Assembly: GCA_963841915.1 (NCBI GenBank)
Contig: CAWJEN010000005.1
Location: 1,216,001-1,280,000 of the forward strand
DNA length: 64,000 bases
Reading direction: 5' to 3'
Origin: an uncultured Planctomycetota bacterium
Lineage (GTDB): Bacteria; Planctomycetota; Phycisphaerae; Tepidisphaerales; Tepidisphaeraceae
Below, piece after piece: positions 47,426-56,878 of this stretch. Each line of letters opens with the position of its first letter. The stretch's first letter is position 1. Position numbers and translations under genes: made by a program. The notes beneath the pieces are model-generated. The model had not been told where the DNA came from and ran no database searches. It saw nothing but the letters and a program-made list of their open reading frames with translations.

Positions 47426-47480
47426 TTCTGCTCCAAAATCGGCCGCCAATCCATTGGCGGCCAAATCGGCGCAGCGCGTT

Positions 47481-48215
47481 TTAAGCTTCGCTGATCAGAA
47501 TGATCGTCAGCCGCTTCGGGCCGTGGGCACCAAGCACAAGCACGCGTTCAATGTCACCCGTGCGAGACGGCCCGGTGATGAGGCCGGCCCAGCTCGGCAG
47601 GTTGTTGCCGTACCGCTCGGTCAGCAGTCGGTACGCGCCGGGCACGTCGGCAATCATCTGGTCCTTTGTGGCGAGGACGATGTGGTGCTCGGGGAGCACC
47701 GACAACGCTCGGCCACCTGCACTTCGCGTCGAGGCGAGGATGCTGGCCGTCTGTGCCACAAGGGCATCACAAGCAGTAATGCTGGCGGGGCAGCGCTCGA
47801 GGTCGTCCGGGTCGTAGCCGTCGTCGGTCGATACGACGGGCAGGCCGAGCGCCTCACAGGCGGCGTCGGTGAGCGGCGAGCCGTGGCTGGCGACGCGATT
47901 CCAGCCTTCCTCTGCGGCGATTGACTTGATCTGCTCGTGAGCGTCGACGGCGTGTTCCACGTGGAAAAACCGCGTCGTCAGCTTCTCCGACAGCTCGGCA
48001 AATAGGGCCACACGCTCCTCGAACGTCGTACCGACTGTCGGTAGCCAGTTGTCTGCGTTGTTCTCACTAACCTGAGCCGCCAAGGCCGAGTTGGTCGCCT
48101 CGACCTGCCCGTGTTCTTCGGGTGGCTTGACGTGCGTCTCGCCACGCACGATGGCAGCAGTGGGCGTTTTGAGAGCATCCTTGACGCGGTTCAACAATGC
48201 GGTGCGGTCGCTCAT
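47481..48215 (-). CDS. lutC: Lactate utilization protein C (LutC/YkgG)
   Basis: GRALSVLPEHH, ITGPSRTGDIE..LVLGAHGP. Confidence 0.9.
   Translation of the reverse strand: MSDRTALLNRVKDALKTPTAAIVRGETHVKPPEEHGQVEATNSALAAQVSENNADNWLPTVGTTFEERVALFAELSEKLTTRFFHVEHAVDAHEQIKSIAAEEGWNRVASHGSPLTDAACEALGLPVVSTDDGYDPDDLERCPASITACDALVAQTASILASTRSAGGRALSVLPEHHIVLATKDQMIADVPGAYRLLTERYGNNLPSWAGLITGPSRTGDIERVLVLGAHGPKRLTIILISEA
47953..47968. promoter_or_regulatory. parS: Intragenic parS-like site (1 mismatch) in lutC
   Basis: TGTTCCACGTGGAAAA; encodes FFHVEH on the minus strand. Confidence 0.65.
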
Positions 48216-49642
48216 TGCTTCTTGCCTCCCTTGTCCCACCAGTCCTGGAACGACTGCTTGGCCGGTGACGGCAACGTTCGGGTCTTCCGCCAAGCCTTGA
48301 CCGGATCGAACGACGAGCCCTTCAGGAAGCCCGTCATGCGATCACCGATGCCGCCGAGTTTGCCGGCGAGGCGGTACAGCTTTGGGTGCGTCATGAGTGT
48401 CGAGAACCCCTTCATGAGCCCACGCTCGGTCATGGGTGCCTTTTCCTCGACTGCGTTGCGGCGATTTCGAAGCAGGTGGTGGTGCAGGTCGATTTTCACC
48501 GGACACGTGGCCGTACACGCACCGCAGAGCGACGAGGCGTGGGACAGGTGCTTCCACTGTTGCAGCCCCTTGTAGTGAGGCGTGATGACACTGCCGATGG
48601 GGCCTTGGTAGGTCGTGCCGTAGGTGTGGCCGCCGACGTTTTGGAAGACGGGGCAGACGTTGAGGCACGCACCGCAGCGGATGCAGCGAAGTGCGTCGCG
48701 TTGTTCCGGGTCTGCCAGCAACCGCGTACGCCCGTTGTCGAGCAGAACGACGTGCATTTCTTCAGGGCCGTCAACTTCTCCGGCCCTTCTCGGGCCACTG
48801 AGCAGCGAGTTGTAACACGTCAGGTGCTGACCAGTGCCGGCGACCGCCAGCATCGGCTGCAGCAACGACAGGTCGCTGAGCGTCGGAATGACCTTCTCGA
48901 TGCCCATCAGTGCGATGTGCACCTTCGGCATTGACGTGGTGAGTCGAGCGTTACCTTCGTTCTCGGTGATGGCGATAGCGCCCGTGTCTGCCACGCCGAA
49001 GTTGGCTCCGCTGATGCCGATGTCGGCGTCGAGGTACGCCCGCCGCATGACACGCCGTGCGACCATGGCAAGGTCTGTCGGCTCATTGCTTTTGCCCGCG
49101 AACTCTTCGCCCAGCTCGTCGCGAAACAGCTTGCCGATTTCCTCGCGTTTAAGGTGCATCGACGGAAAAACGAAGTGATACGGCGCATCGCCGGTGAGCT
49201 GGACGATGTACTCGCCTAGATCGCTCTCCAGCACCTCGAGACCGGCCGCTTCAAGGGCTTTGTTGAGGTGAATCTCCTCGCTCGTCATCGTCTTGGACTT
49301 GATGACGCGTTTGGCGTTGTGTCCCTGGACCACTCGGGTGATGTAGTCGCGGGCGGCGACGTCGTCGTCGGCCCAAAAGACTTGGATGCCGTTCTTCTCA
49401 AGGTTGTCGGCAAACGTCGCCAGATGGGTGTCGAGGTGCTCGATCGCCTCCCACTTGGCAGCGGCGGCAGCGGAACGGGCCTGGCCCCAGTCGGCAAACT
49501 TCCCCTGCGTGCCGGCCCGCGTCTTGGCGTACCCGCCGAGCGCCGTCTGCATGTAGCGACGGTGAGGCGTGTCAGCCGTCACACCGTCGGCCGCCTCGTG
49601 AAACAGCTTCAGCGGTACGCTTTTCTTGGCAGTTGCGGTCAT
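48212..49642 (-). CDS. lutB: Lactate utilization Fe-S protein LutB (YkgF)
   Basis: KSKTMTSEE, SDLGEYIVQ, ENEGN, CIRCGACLNVCP, SSLCGACTATCPVKI. Confidence 0.95.
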   Translation of the reverse strand: MTATAKKSVPLKLFHEAADGVTADTPHRRYMQTALGGYAKTRAGTQGKFADWGQARSAAAAAKWEAIEHLDTHLATFADNLEKNGIQVFWADDDVAARDYITRVVQGHNAKRVIKSKTMTSEEIHLNKALEAAGLEVLESDLGEYIVQLTGDAPYHFVFPSMHLKREEIGKLFRDELGEEFAGKSNEPTDLAMVARRVMRRAYLDADIGISGANFGVADTGAIAITENEGNARLTTSMPKVHIALMGIEKVIPTLSDLSLLQPMLAVAGTGQHLTCYNSLLSGPRRAGEVDGPEEMHVVLLDNGRTRLLADPEQRDALRCIRCGACLNVCPVFQNVGGHTYGTTYQGPIGSVITPHYKGLQQWKHLSHASSLCGACTATCPVKIDLHHHLLRNRRNAVEEKAPMTERGLMKGFSTLMTHPKLYRLAGKLGGIGDRMTGFLKGSSFDPVKAWRKTRTLPSPAKQSFQDWWDKGGKKQ

Positions 49643-50364
49643 AACTCCTCCGAATGGGCAAGCACCTCAGCCGTGTGCAGGCACCGAACCGGGTGGCCTT
49701 GCTTCTCCGCATAGCCGCCGATCTGCATGAGGCACGAGGGGTCGTTCGAGATGACAGTCTTCGTCTCGGTCCGCTTGACGCTTTCAAGTTTTGTCTCAGC
49801 CATCGCTGTCGAGATCTGAGGGAACTTTACCGCAAACGTTCCGCCGAATCCGCAGCACGTTTCGGCAGCGTCCATTTCGACCAGCTCCAGCCCTTTGACA
49901 TTTTCCAGTAGCTTGCGCGGCGCCGTTTTGACGCCCAGCTCGCGAAGCCCGTGGCAGCCGTCGTGGAACGTCGCTTTACCGTCGAAGGTTGCGTCCAGTT
50001 CAGTCACGCCCAGCACGTCGACGAGCAGCTCGCTGAATTCGTACGTCCGTTCGGCAAGTGCCTCTGCCTCCTTGTGACGCCCAGTGTTGTCGAAGATCTC
50101 AGGATAGAAGTGGCGAATCATCGTCGCGCACGAGCCGCTCGGCACGACGACGAGGTCGCTGCCGGCCATAACGTTCATGGTGTGCCTGGCGACGCTGCGT
50201 GCTTCGTCATGAAAGCCGGCGTTGAACGCCGGTTGGCCGCAGCACGTTTGGCCTTCTGGTACGACGACCTCGTGGCCGAGCTTGCGGAGGACGGTGACGA
50301 CGGCTTTGCCCACGTTGGGATAAAGCTGATCGACGAAGCAGGGGACAAACAGGGTGATCCGCAT
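49639..50364 (-). CDS. lutA: Lactate utilization protein LutA (YkgE, CCG domains)
   Basis: QTCCGQPAFNAG, PSGSC, HDGCHGLR, CCGFGGTFAVK. Confidence 0.93.
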   Translation of the reverse strand: MRITLFVPCFVDQLYPNVGKAVVTVLRKLGHEVVVPEGQTCCGQPAFNAGFHDEARSVARHTMNVMAGSDLVVVPSGSCATMIRHFYPEIFDNTGRHKEAEALAERTYEFSELLVDVLGVTELDATFDGKATFHDGCHGLRELGVKTAPRKLLENVKGLELVEMDAAETCCGFGGTFAVKFPQISTAMAETKLESVKRTETKTVISNDPSCLMQIGGYAEKQGHPVRCLHTAEVLAHSEEL

Positions 50365-50398
50365 AATGAGGCTGGCGAGCGACGGCAGGCCGAACCGA

Positions 50399-50435
50399 GT
50401 TTATGGTTGACCCCCGCCATAAACAAGGTTACTTT
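50399..50435 (+). promoter_or_regulatory. Sigma70-type promoter of DeoR-rhaB-rhaEW overlapped by an inverted repeat (candidate operator)
   Basis: TTGACC(50407-12)-N17-TACTTT(50430-35); inverted repeat GTTTATGG(50399-406)/CCATAAAC(50417-24). Confidence 0.6.
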
Positions 50436-50443
50436 TCCGCCCC

Positions 50444-51280
50444 GTGCCAAAGGTCGCACAACACGTCGTCGAAGCCCGCCGAAACAAAGCGGCGGCGTTG
50501 CTGCGTGAACACCGCTACCTCGGTATCGGCGATGTCGCCAAGCAGCTCGGCGTCAGTGAAAACACAGCCCGCCGTGACCTTGCCGCCCTGGCCGATCGCG
50601 AGCAGGCGACTCGCACGTTTGGCGGAGCGGTGCCGTCGTCGAATCATCTGCAGGACTGGAACCGTCATTTTACGAGCTTTTCGGCCCGTCTCGACTCGGC
50701 GGCCGTGGCCAAGCGAGCGGTCGCGGGACGTGCAGTCAAGCTGATTGAGTCGGGCATGTGTGTCTTCATCGACGCCGGCTCGACTGGCGCATTTGCCGCC
50801 GAGGCGTTGGCGACGTCGAAGCTATCGGGCGTCACGGTCGTCACACAATCGCTTGCCGTTGCAGCCCGTTTGGGTGAGGCAAGCCATGTCGTCACACGCG
50901 TCATCGGCGGCAGGTTGCTCGCGCGGCAGGCGGCACTGCTCGACGAGGCGACGCTCGAACAGGCCGGCCGCTTCGACTACGACGTCGCGCTGCTCGGGGC
51001 AGAAGCCTTTGACGCGTCGGGTGCCTGGAACTCGATCAACGAAGTCGTTGAGCTGCAGCGTCGCGTGAGCGGAAAGTCAGCGATCGCTGCCGTCTGCTGT
51101 GACGCAAGCAAGTGTGGCCGGCGAGCTCCGTCCTTGCTCGCCGGCTGGGAAGAAATCGATCTTCTAGTGACCGACGCGACGGCTGCCGACCTGCGACGGG
51201 CGGATGTGCCGGGTGGTCGTGACCGCGTGCTTCGGCCGCGTCTGCCGCGTGCTTCATCGAAAGCGACACAACGTTCATGA
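50444..51280 (+). CDS. DeoR/GlpR family transcriptional regulator (probable rhamnose regulator)
   Basis: HTH LGVSENTARRDL, RTFGGA, FIDAGST, DASK. Confidence 0.9.
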   Translation: MPKVAQHVVEARRNKAAALLREHRYLGIGDVAKQLGVSENTARRDLAALADREQATRTFGGAVPSSNHLQDWNRHFTSFSARLDSAAVAKRAVAGRAVKLIESGMCVFIDAGSTGAFAAEALATSKLSGVTVVTQSLAVAARLGEASHVVTRVIGGRLLARQAALLDEATLEQAGRFDYDVALLGAEAFDASGAWNSINEVVELQRRVSGKSAIAAVCCDASKCGRRAPSLLAGWEEIDLLVTDATAADLRRADVPGGRDRVLRPRLPRASSKATQRS

Positions 51281-52743
51281 GCGACAGCAACGAGCAGTCC
51301 TACATCGCAGTTGACCTCGGCGCAGAAAGCGGCCGCGTCATGATCGGCCGCGTCAGCGGGTCGGGCATCTCCCTCCAGGAAGTGCACCGCTGGCCCAGCC
51401 GCCGCGTCCGGGTGCTCGGCAGTGAGCGGTGGGATGTGCTGTTCATGTGGGCCGAGATCCTCGATGGACTCAAAATCGCAGCTGCAAAGGCGGGCACCGT
51501 TGCAAGCGTCAGCGTTGACGCGTGGGCAGTTGACTACCTTTATTTGCCCAAAGAAGGCCCGGCCCATCCCGGTCTGACGCCGCCTTTCATGTACCGCGAC
51601 ACGCGGACGCAGAAGCTCTTCGACGGCCTGAGCGACGACGACCGTCGCGAGATCTACGAGGCGACCGGCATCCAGTTTCTGCCGTTCAACACGGTCTATC
51701 AACTGGCAGTCGACGGTAACACCGTGCCAGCGGCGGCAGGCTCGTTTCTGCTGATCGCCGACTTCTTCCACTATCTGTTGACGGGCGTGGCCAAGCAGGA
51801 GCGGTCTATGGCGAGCACCACGCAGCTGTACGACCCGCAACGTCGCGACTGGGCGACGGGTATCGCCGAGAGGTTCGGCATCGACACGCGCCTGTTGCCC
51901 GAGCTCATCGACACAGGGGAAATCGTCGGCACGATTACCGATGAGGTGGCGCAGCAGACCGGCCTTGCCGTCGGGACCAGCGTCGTTGCCACGTGCAGTC
52001 ACGACACCGGCAATGCCGTCGCGGCGACGCCTCTTATGGACAATGCCGCTTATCTCTCCAGCGGCACCTGGTCGCTGCTCGGCGTGGAGACGGACCAGCC
52101 GATTGTCACCGAGACGGCTCGAAAGTACGGGTTTACGAACGAGATCGGCTACGGCCACAGCGTCCGACTGCTCAAGAACCTCAGCGGCCTGTTCCTGGTG
52201 CAGGAGTCGCGAAAGGATCTCGATGCGGCCCCGTCATACGGCGAATTGGCGGACATGGCACAACAGGCTGAGCCGGCTCGGTCACTGATCCGCCCCGACG
52301 CGCCGGCCTTTGCCACACCCGGCGACATGGTGCACAAGATTAGAGACTTCTGCCGCAGCACCGACCAGCCGGTCCCGGAGACGCCGGGGCAGATCGTGCG
52401 GTGCTGCTACGAGTCACTCGCGCTGCTGTACGCGTCGACGCTCGACAACCTCGGCGACCTCATCGGCGGACGGCCGACGTCGTTGAATGTCGTCGGCGGG
52501 GGCAGCCAGGCGACGCTTCTCAATCAACTCGCCGCCGACGCCTGCGGCGTTGATGTCGAAGCAGGCCCTGCCGAGGCGACGGCGATCGGCAACATCGGCC
52601 TCCAAGCCGTCGCCGCCGGTGAGATCAGCGACCTCGCCGAACTTCGCCGCCTGGTGCGGACGTCCAGCAATCTCACCACCTACCGGCCCGTCGGCGATCT
52701 CGCCGCCAGTGCCGGTCGATTTAACCAGCTTCCCACCTCTTAA
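51277..52743 (+). CDS. rhaB: Rhamnulokinase
   Basis: AVDLGAESGR, DAWAVDY, TGIQFLPFNTVYQL, HDTGNAV, SSGTWSL, FTNE, GPAEATAIGN. Confidence 0.9.
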   Translation: MSDSNEQSYIAVDLGAESGRVMIGRVSGSGISLQEVHRWPSRRVRVLGSERWDVLFMWAEILDGLKIAAAKAGTVASVSVDAWAVDYLYLPKEGPAHPGLTPPFMYRDTRTQKLFDGLSDDDRREIYEATGIQFLPFNTVYQLAVDGNTVPAAAGSFLLIADFFHYLLTGVAKQERSMASTTQLYDPQRRDWATGIAERFGIDTRLLPELIDTGEIVGTITDEVAQQTGLAVGTSVVATCSHDTGNAVAATPLMDNAAYLSSGTWSLLGVETDQPIVTETARKYGFTNEIGYGHSVRLLKNLSGLFLVQESRKDLDAAPSYGELADMAQQAEPARSLIRPDAPAFATPGDMVHKIRDFCRSTDQPVPETPGQIVRCCYESLALLYASTLDNLGDLIGGRPTSLNVVGGGSQATLLNQLAADACGVDVEAGPAEATAIGNIGLQAVAAGEISDLAELRRLVRTSSNLTTYRPVGDLAASAGRFNQLPTS

Positions 52744-52761
52744 GCCACCATTCCAGCCAGC

Positions 52762-54936
52762 ATGAACGCCTCCGACTTCAAACACGTCAGCTACAACTGG
52801 GACGACGCCAAAGCCCCGTCTGATCCGGTCGAACTCCTCGTTTACCGATCGAACTGCCTCGGTGCCGACCAACGCGTCACCAACACAGGCGGCGGCAACA
52901 CGAGCAACAAAATCATCGAGACCGATCCACTGACGGGTGAGCAGACGGAGGTGCTCTGGGTCAAAGGCTCGGGCGGTGACCTACGGACGAGCAAACGCGG
53001 CAATTTCAGCAGCCTGTACCTCGACAAGCTCGAGAGTCTCAAGAGCAAGTTCGGCAACGCCGACCCCAAGAGCGAAGAGGAGGACGCGATGGTCGGGATG
53101 TACCCGCACTGCACGTTCAACCTGAACCCGCGGCCCAGCAGCATCGACACGCCGCTGCACGCCTACATCCCGCACAAGTACGTCGACCACATGCACCCCA
53201 ACGCGGCCATCGCGATCGCGGCGTGCAAGGACCAGGAGAAGCTCAACAAGGAGATCTGGGGCGACCAGATGGCCTACGTCGATTGGCAGCGGCCGGGCTT
53301 CGACCTTGGCCTGCAGATGGAGAAGATCGCCAAGGAGAATCCAAATGCCATCGGCATCCTGATGGGCCAGCACGGCCTCATCAACTGGAGCGACGAGAGC
53401 GACAAGGCGTGCTACGAGCTGACGCTGAGCCTCATCGAAAAGGCGGCGGCTTTTATCGAGAAGCACGACAAGGGCGACAAGACTTTTGGTGGCGAGAAGT
53501 ACAAGAGCCTCGACGACGCCAAGCGGAACGAGACGCTGCACGAAATCCTGCCGTGGCTGCGTGGTCAGGTCTCACAGCAAAATCGCTTCATCGGGACCGT
53601 CGAATACCGCGACAGTGTCCTTCGGTTCGTCAACTCCAACGACGCAAAGCGTCTTGCAGAGATCGGCACAAGCTGCCCGGACCACTTCCTGCGGACCAAG
53701 ATCAAGCCGCTCTACGTCGATTGGGATCCGACCAGCGGCACCGACAAGCTACGTGAGCTTCTGACGAGCGGGCTTGAGCAGTATCGCAAGGACTACGCCG
53801 ACTATTACGAGTCATGCAAGCGGCCCGATTCGCCGGCGATGCGTGACCCGAATCCGACGGTCATCCTTATTCCCGGCGTTGGCATGGTCGCATGGGGCAA
53901 GAACAAGAGCGAAAGCCGCGTGACGGCCGAGTTTTACTGTTGTGCCGTCGAAGTGATGCGTGGTGCCGAGGCGGTCAGCGAATATCAAGGGTTGCCGCGG
54001 CAGGAGGCGTTCGACATCGAGTACTGGTCACTTGAAGAAGCCAAGCTGCAACGCATGCCGGCCGAGCAGGAATTGGCCCGCCAAGTCTGCGTCGTCATCG
54101 GCGGCGGCAGCGGCATCGGCAAGGAGACGTGCCACCGACTCGTCAAAGAGGGCGCAGAAATCGTGGCCGTCGACCTCAACGAGCAGGCAGCCAAAGGCAC
54201 GGCGGAAGAGATCGAGGCAAAGGTCGGCAAGGGCATCGGCGTCGCCGGCACCGGCATCTCGGGCTGCGGCGACGCGATCGGCCTGTCGGCAGACATCACC
54301 GACGCCGACTCGTGCCGCGTCATGCTCGAACATGTGCTGCTCGCTTACGGAGGTGTCGACCAGGTGCTCGTTACCGCCGGCTACTTCGCCACGCCCGACA
54401 ACAACGGCGTCAACACGCCCGACCAGTGGGACCGCTCCTTCAAGATCAATGTCACCGGCCTCTTCAACGCCGCTGACACGGCCCACAAGATTCTCAAGGC
54501 GCAAGGCCTAGGCGGTGGCATCGTGCTGACGACAAGTGTAAACGCCGTCGTCGCCAAGAAGGGCAGCTTCCCGTATGACACGTCGAAAGCGGCAGCCAAC
54601 CACCTTGTCCGCGAATTGGCCGTCGCCTACGCGCCGGACGTTCGTGTCAACGGCGTCGCGCCCGCGACGGTGGTGGCTGGCAGCAGCATGTTCCCGAAGG
54701 ACCGCGTGATGGCGAGCCTTTCGAAGTACGACATCAAGTTTGACGAGAATGCCGACGAAGACACGCTGCGGAATCAGCTCGCCGACTTCTACGCCAAACG
54801 AACGCTGACGCACAAGCCGATCCGGCCGATCGATCAGGCCGAGGCGATCTTCCTGCTCGCCAGCGATCGACTCAGCCGCACGACCGGCCAGATCATCACT
54901 GTCGACGGCGGCCTGCAGGACGCGTTCCTGCGGTAA
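52762..54936 (+). CDS. rhaEW: Bifunctional rhamnulose-1-phosphate aldolase / short-chain dehydrogenase
   Basis: N-terminal class II aldolase (GGGNTS, KGSGGD, SIDTPLH, DHMHP, SCPDHFLRTK) fused to an SDR (GGGSGIG, YDTSKAA). Confidence 0.92.
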   Translation: MNASDFKHVSYNWDDAKAPSDPVELLVYRSNCLGADQRVTNTGGGNTSNKIIETDPLTGEQTEVLWVKGSGGDLRTSKRGNFSSLYLDKLESLKSKFGNADPKSEEEDAMVGMYPHCTFNLNPRPSSIDTPLHAYIPHKYVDHMHPNAAIAIAACKDQEKLNKEIWGDQMAYVDWQRPGFDLGLQMEKIAKENPNAIGILMGQHGLINWSDESDKACYELTLSLIEKAAAFIEKHDKGDKTFGGEKYKSLDDAKRNETLHEILPWLRGQVSQQNRFIGTVEYRDSVLRFVNSNDAKRLAEIGTSCPDHFLRTKIKPLYVDWDPTSGTDKLRELLTSGLEQYRKDYADYYESCKRPDSPAMRDPNPTVILIPGVGMVAWGKNKSESRVTAEFYCCAVEVMRGAEAVSEYQGLPRQEAFDIEYWSLEEAKLQRMPAEQELARQVCVVIGGGSGIGKETCHRLVKEGAEIVAVDLNEQAAKGTAEEIEAKVGKGIGVAGTGISGCGDAIGLSADITDADSCRVMLEHVLLAYGGVDQVLVTAGYFATPDNNGVNTPDQWDRSFKINVTGLFNAADTAHKILKAQGLGGGIVLTTSVNAVVAKKGSFPYDTSKAAANHLVRELAVAYAPDVRVNGVAPATVVAGSSMFPKDRVMASLSKYDIKFDENADEDTLRNQLADFYAKRTLTHKPIRPIDQAEAIFLLASDRLSRTTGQIITVDGGLQDAFLR

Positions 54937-54962
54937 AGTCTCGTCGAGTCATGAACCGTCAT

Positions 54963-54993
54963 CGACCCGCCGTCTGGCCTAGGCGGCGGGTCG
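54963..54993 (+). terminator. Hairpin after rhaEW
   Basis: 13-bp stem CGACCCGCCGTCT/AGGCGGCGGGTCG; no clear U tract. Confidence 0.45.
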
Positions 54994-55009
54994 TCGCGTA
55001 GTCTGGCCG

Positions 55010-55750
55010 GTGACACTGGACGATGGCTATCGCATCCTGCACACAGGCCACCACGAGCCGTCGCAGGTGGCGGTCACGACAGTTGCTACAGCACGAGATG
55101 TCTCACGAGATGCCAGCCTCAATGGCCCCTGGCAGCGAGAGAAAGAGCGGCTCGGAGACAAGCTATTCGACGGGCCGATGTGTCGTTACGAGTCGCACGA
55201 AGCCGACCGAGCAAGGCTTACGCTGCGGGTCAGTCAGACCGGTTACAGGGCGTTCGTGCAGACGAATCTGTTTGGCCCAAAGGACCTGCCGACTGCCTGC
55301 TGTGCAAATCCAATTGGCGTGTCGGCGACGCTTTTATGCGATGACGACGTGCTTCTCTTCGGCAGGCGTGGCGACGGCGTGGCTTATTACCCGCGACGGC
55401 TTCACCCGTTTGCCGGCTCACTCGAGTGGCCGACAGACGGTGCGGCCATTGACGTATTTGCCGAGTGTCGCCGGGAGCTTGCTGAAGAAGTTTCACTGTC
55501 GGCGTGCGATCTGGCTGATCTGGTCGTCGTCGGCATGGTGGAAGACCTTGACCTTCGGCATCCCGAAGTGATCCTCCATGCGACGACGAGGCTGTCGTCG
55601 GTTGAGGTCGAGCGTCGTCTCGACGCGGCCGAGCATGAGGGTATCGAGCGGGTTGCCGCCAGCGTTTCTGCTGTGCGGCGGGCCGCGGCGGACGCTCGTT
55701 TTACGCCTGTTGCGCGTGCGTCGATGGCGCTGTGGTTGGCGGCGGTATAG
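55010..55750 (+). CDS. NUDIX-like hydrolase
   Basis: LFDG, NPIGVSA, FAGSLE..CRRELAEEV (Nudix box-like). Confidence 0.65.
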   Translation: MTLDDGYRILHTGHHEPSQVAVTTVATARDVSRDASLNGPWQREKERLGDKLFDGPMCRYESHEADRARLTLRVSQTGYRAFVQTNLFGPKDLPTACCANPIGVSATLLCDDDVLLFGRRGDGVAYYPRRLHPFAGSLEWPTDGAAIDVFAECRRELAEEVSLSACDLADLVVVGMVEDLDLRHPEVILHATTRLSSVEVERRLDAAEHEGIERVAASVSAVRRAAADARFTPVARASMALWLAAV

Positions 55751-55756
55751 TCGCTC

Positions 55757-56584
55757 GTGCCTGATTATGCAGCTGACCTTGAACTTGCCAAACGTCTCGC
55801 CCGGGAGGCAGGTGACCTTGCTCTGTCTCACTACGGCAAGGTTGAGCGTCTGACCAAAACTCACGCCGCGACGACGGACGAGCCTGTCACCATCGCCGAC
55901 CGTGCGGCACAACGCGTCATCGTCGAGGGACTTCGCAAGTGCTACGCGAACGACGGCATCATCGGCGAAGAAAGCGACACCGGCGAAAGCATCACGGCCG
56001 AGAACCTGCAACCCGGAGGTAGGAACTGGGTCATCGACCCGATCGACGGCACGAACAACTTCATCGCCTGCCTCGGCAACTGGGGCATCTGCATCGGCCT
56101 GCTCGACCAAGGCCGGCCGGTCGTGGGCGTCGTCTACGACGTAACGCGCGACGCCATGTACGCCGGTGCCGAGGGCATCGGTGCGTTCAAGAACGACGAG
56201 CCGGTGGAGGCTCTTCAAGACGCGTGGTCGGCCGCCTCGGTCATGATGCTCACAAGCAACCTGATTTCGAACACAGGCAGCGCACCCGCCTGGGCGGCAA
56301 AATTGCTCGATCAGACGAATTGGAAAGTCCGCATGCTTGGCACGGCAGCCATCGAGTCAGCCATGGTCGGGGCGGGCATCGCCCACGGCGCGGTCACCAT
56401 GAACGGCAAGTTATGGGACTGCGTCGCCCCGGCAGCATTCACCATTGCCGCGGGCGGCGTCGTGACCAAGCCGGACGGCAGCGAGCTGTTCCCATTCGAC
56501 GTGGGCGGATACAGAGGGGCGAAAGTCCCGTTCATCACTGCCGGAAAAGCAGCGCTCGCCGGCTTGGTCGAGAAGGTCCGCTGA
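55757..56584 (+). CDS. Inositol monophosphatase family protein
   Basis: VTIADR, IIGEE, WVIDPIDGTNNF, LWD. Confidence 0.9.
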   Translation: MPDYAADLELAKRLAREAGDLALSHYGKVERLTKTHAATTDEPVTIADRAAQRVIVEGLRKCYANDGIIGEESDTGESITAENLQPGGRNWVIDPIDGTNNFIACLGNWGICIGLLDQGRPVVGVVYDVTRDAMYAGAEGIGAFKNDEPVEALQDAWSAASVMMLTSNLISNTGSAPAWAAKLLDQTNWKVRMLGTAAIESAMVGAGIAHGAVTMNGKLWDCVAPAAFTIAAGGVVTKPDGSELFPFDVGGYRGAKVPFITAGKAALAGLVEKVR

Positions 56585-56878
56585 TCACTTGGGAAGCTTA
56601 GCCGGCTCGCCCGGTGGATACTTCTTCAAGACTGCTTCGGCAAGGTCAATGCCGTTGACGTTGGCCAGGGTGCAGAGCCACGCCAACACGTCGGCAAACT
56701 CTTCCTGCAGGTTGTCACGTCCGGTGTCACGTGCCAGGGCGCGAGCGAGCTCGCCCACTTCTTCACTGAACCAGAGCCATGTGCCAGCCGTTCCGCGGGC
56801 CGCGTCGGCTTCGTAGTAGCGGTCACGGATGAGCTGCTGAAACTGCGCCAGCGGCATGGCCTTGGGGTCTTCAGTCAT
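56585..56878 (-). CDS. MazG-like nucleotide pyrophosphohydrolase (single domain)
   Basis: EEVGELA...EEFADVLAWL..LAN..GIDL. Confidence 0.85.
   Translation of the reverse strand: MTEDPKAMPLAQFQQLIRDRYYEADAARGTAGTWLWFSEEVGELARALARDTGRDNLQEEFADVLAWLCTLANVNGIDLAEAVLKKYPPGEPAKLPK

Larger units (their letters stand above)
47176..47477. repeat. Copy B of ~300-bp dispersed element carrying paired parS sites
   Basis: Colinear with 5104-5395; left end GCGGTGCGCCG and right end CGGCGCAGCGC are inverted (10/11). Confidence 0.7.

Noticed and set aside
55010..56878. NUDIX + IMPase + MazG as an anti-phage nucleotide-depletion system
   Set aside because: The genes are convergent, each has its own apparent promoter, and there is no defence-island context. 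Housekeeping is more parsimonious.
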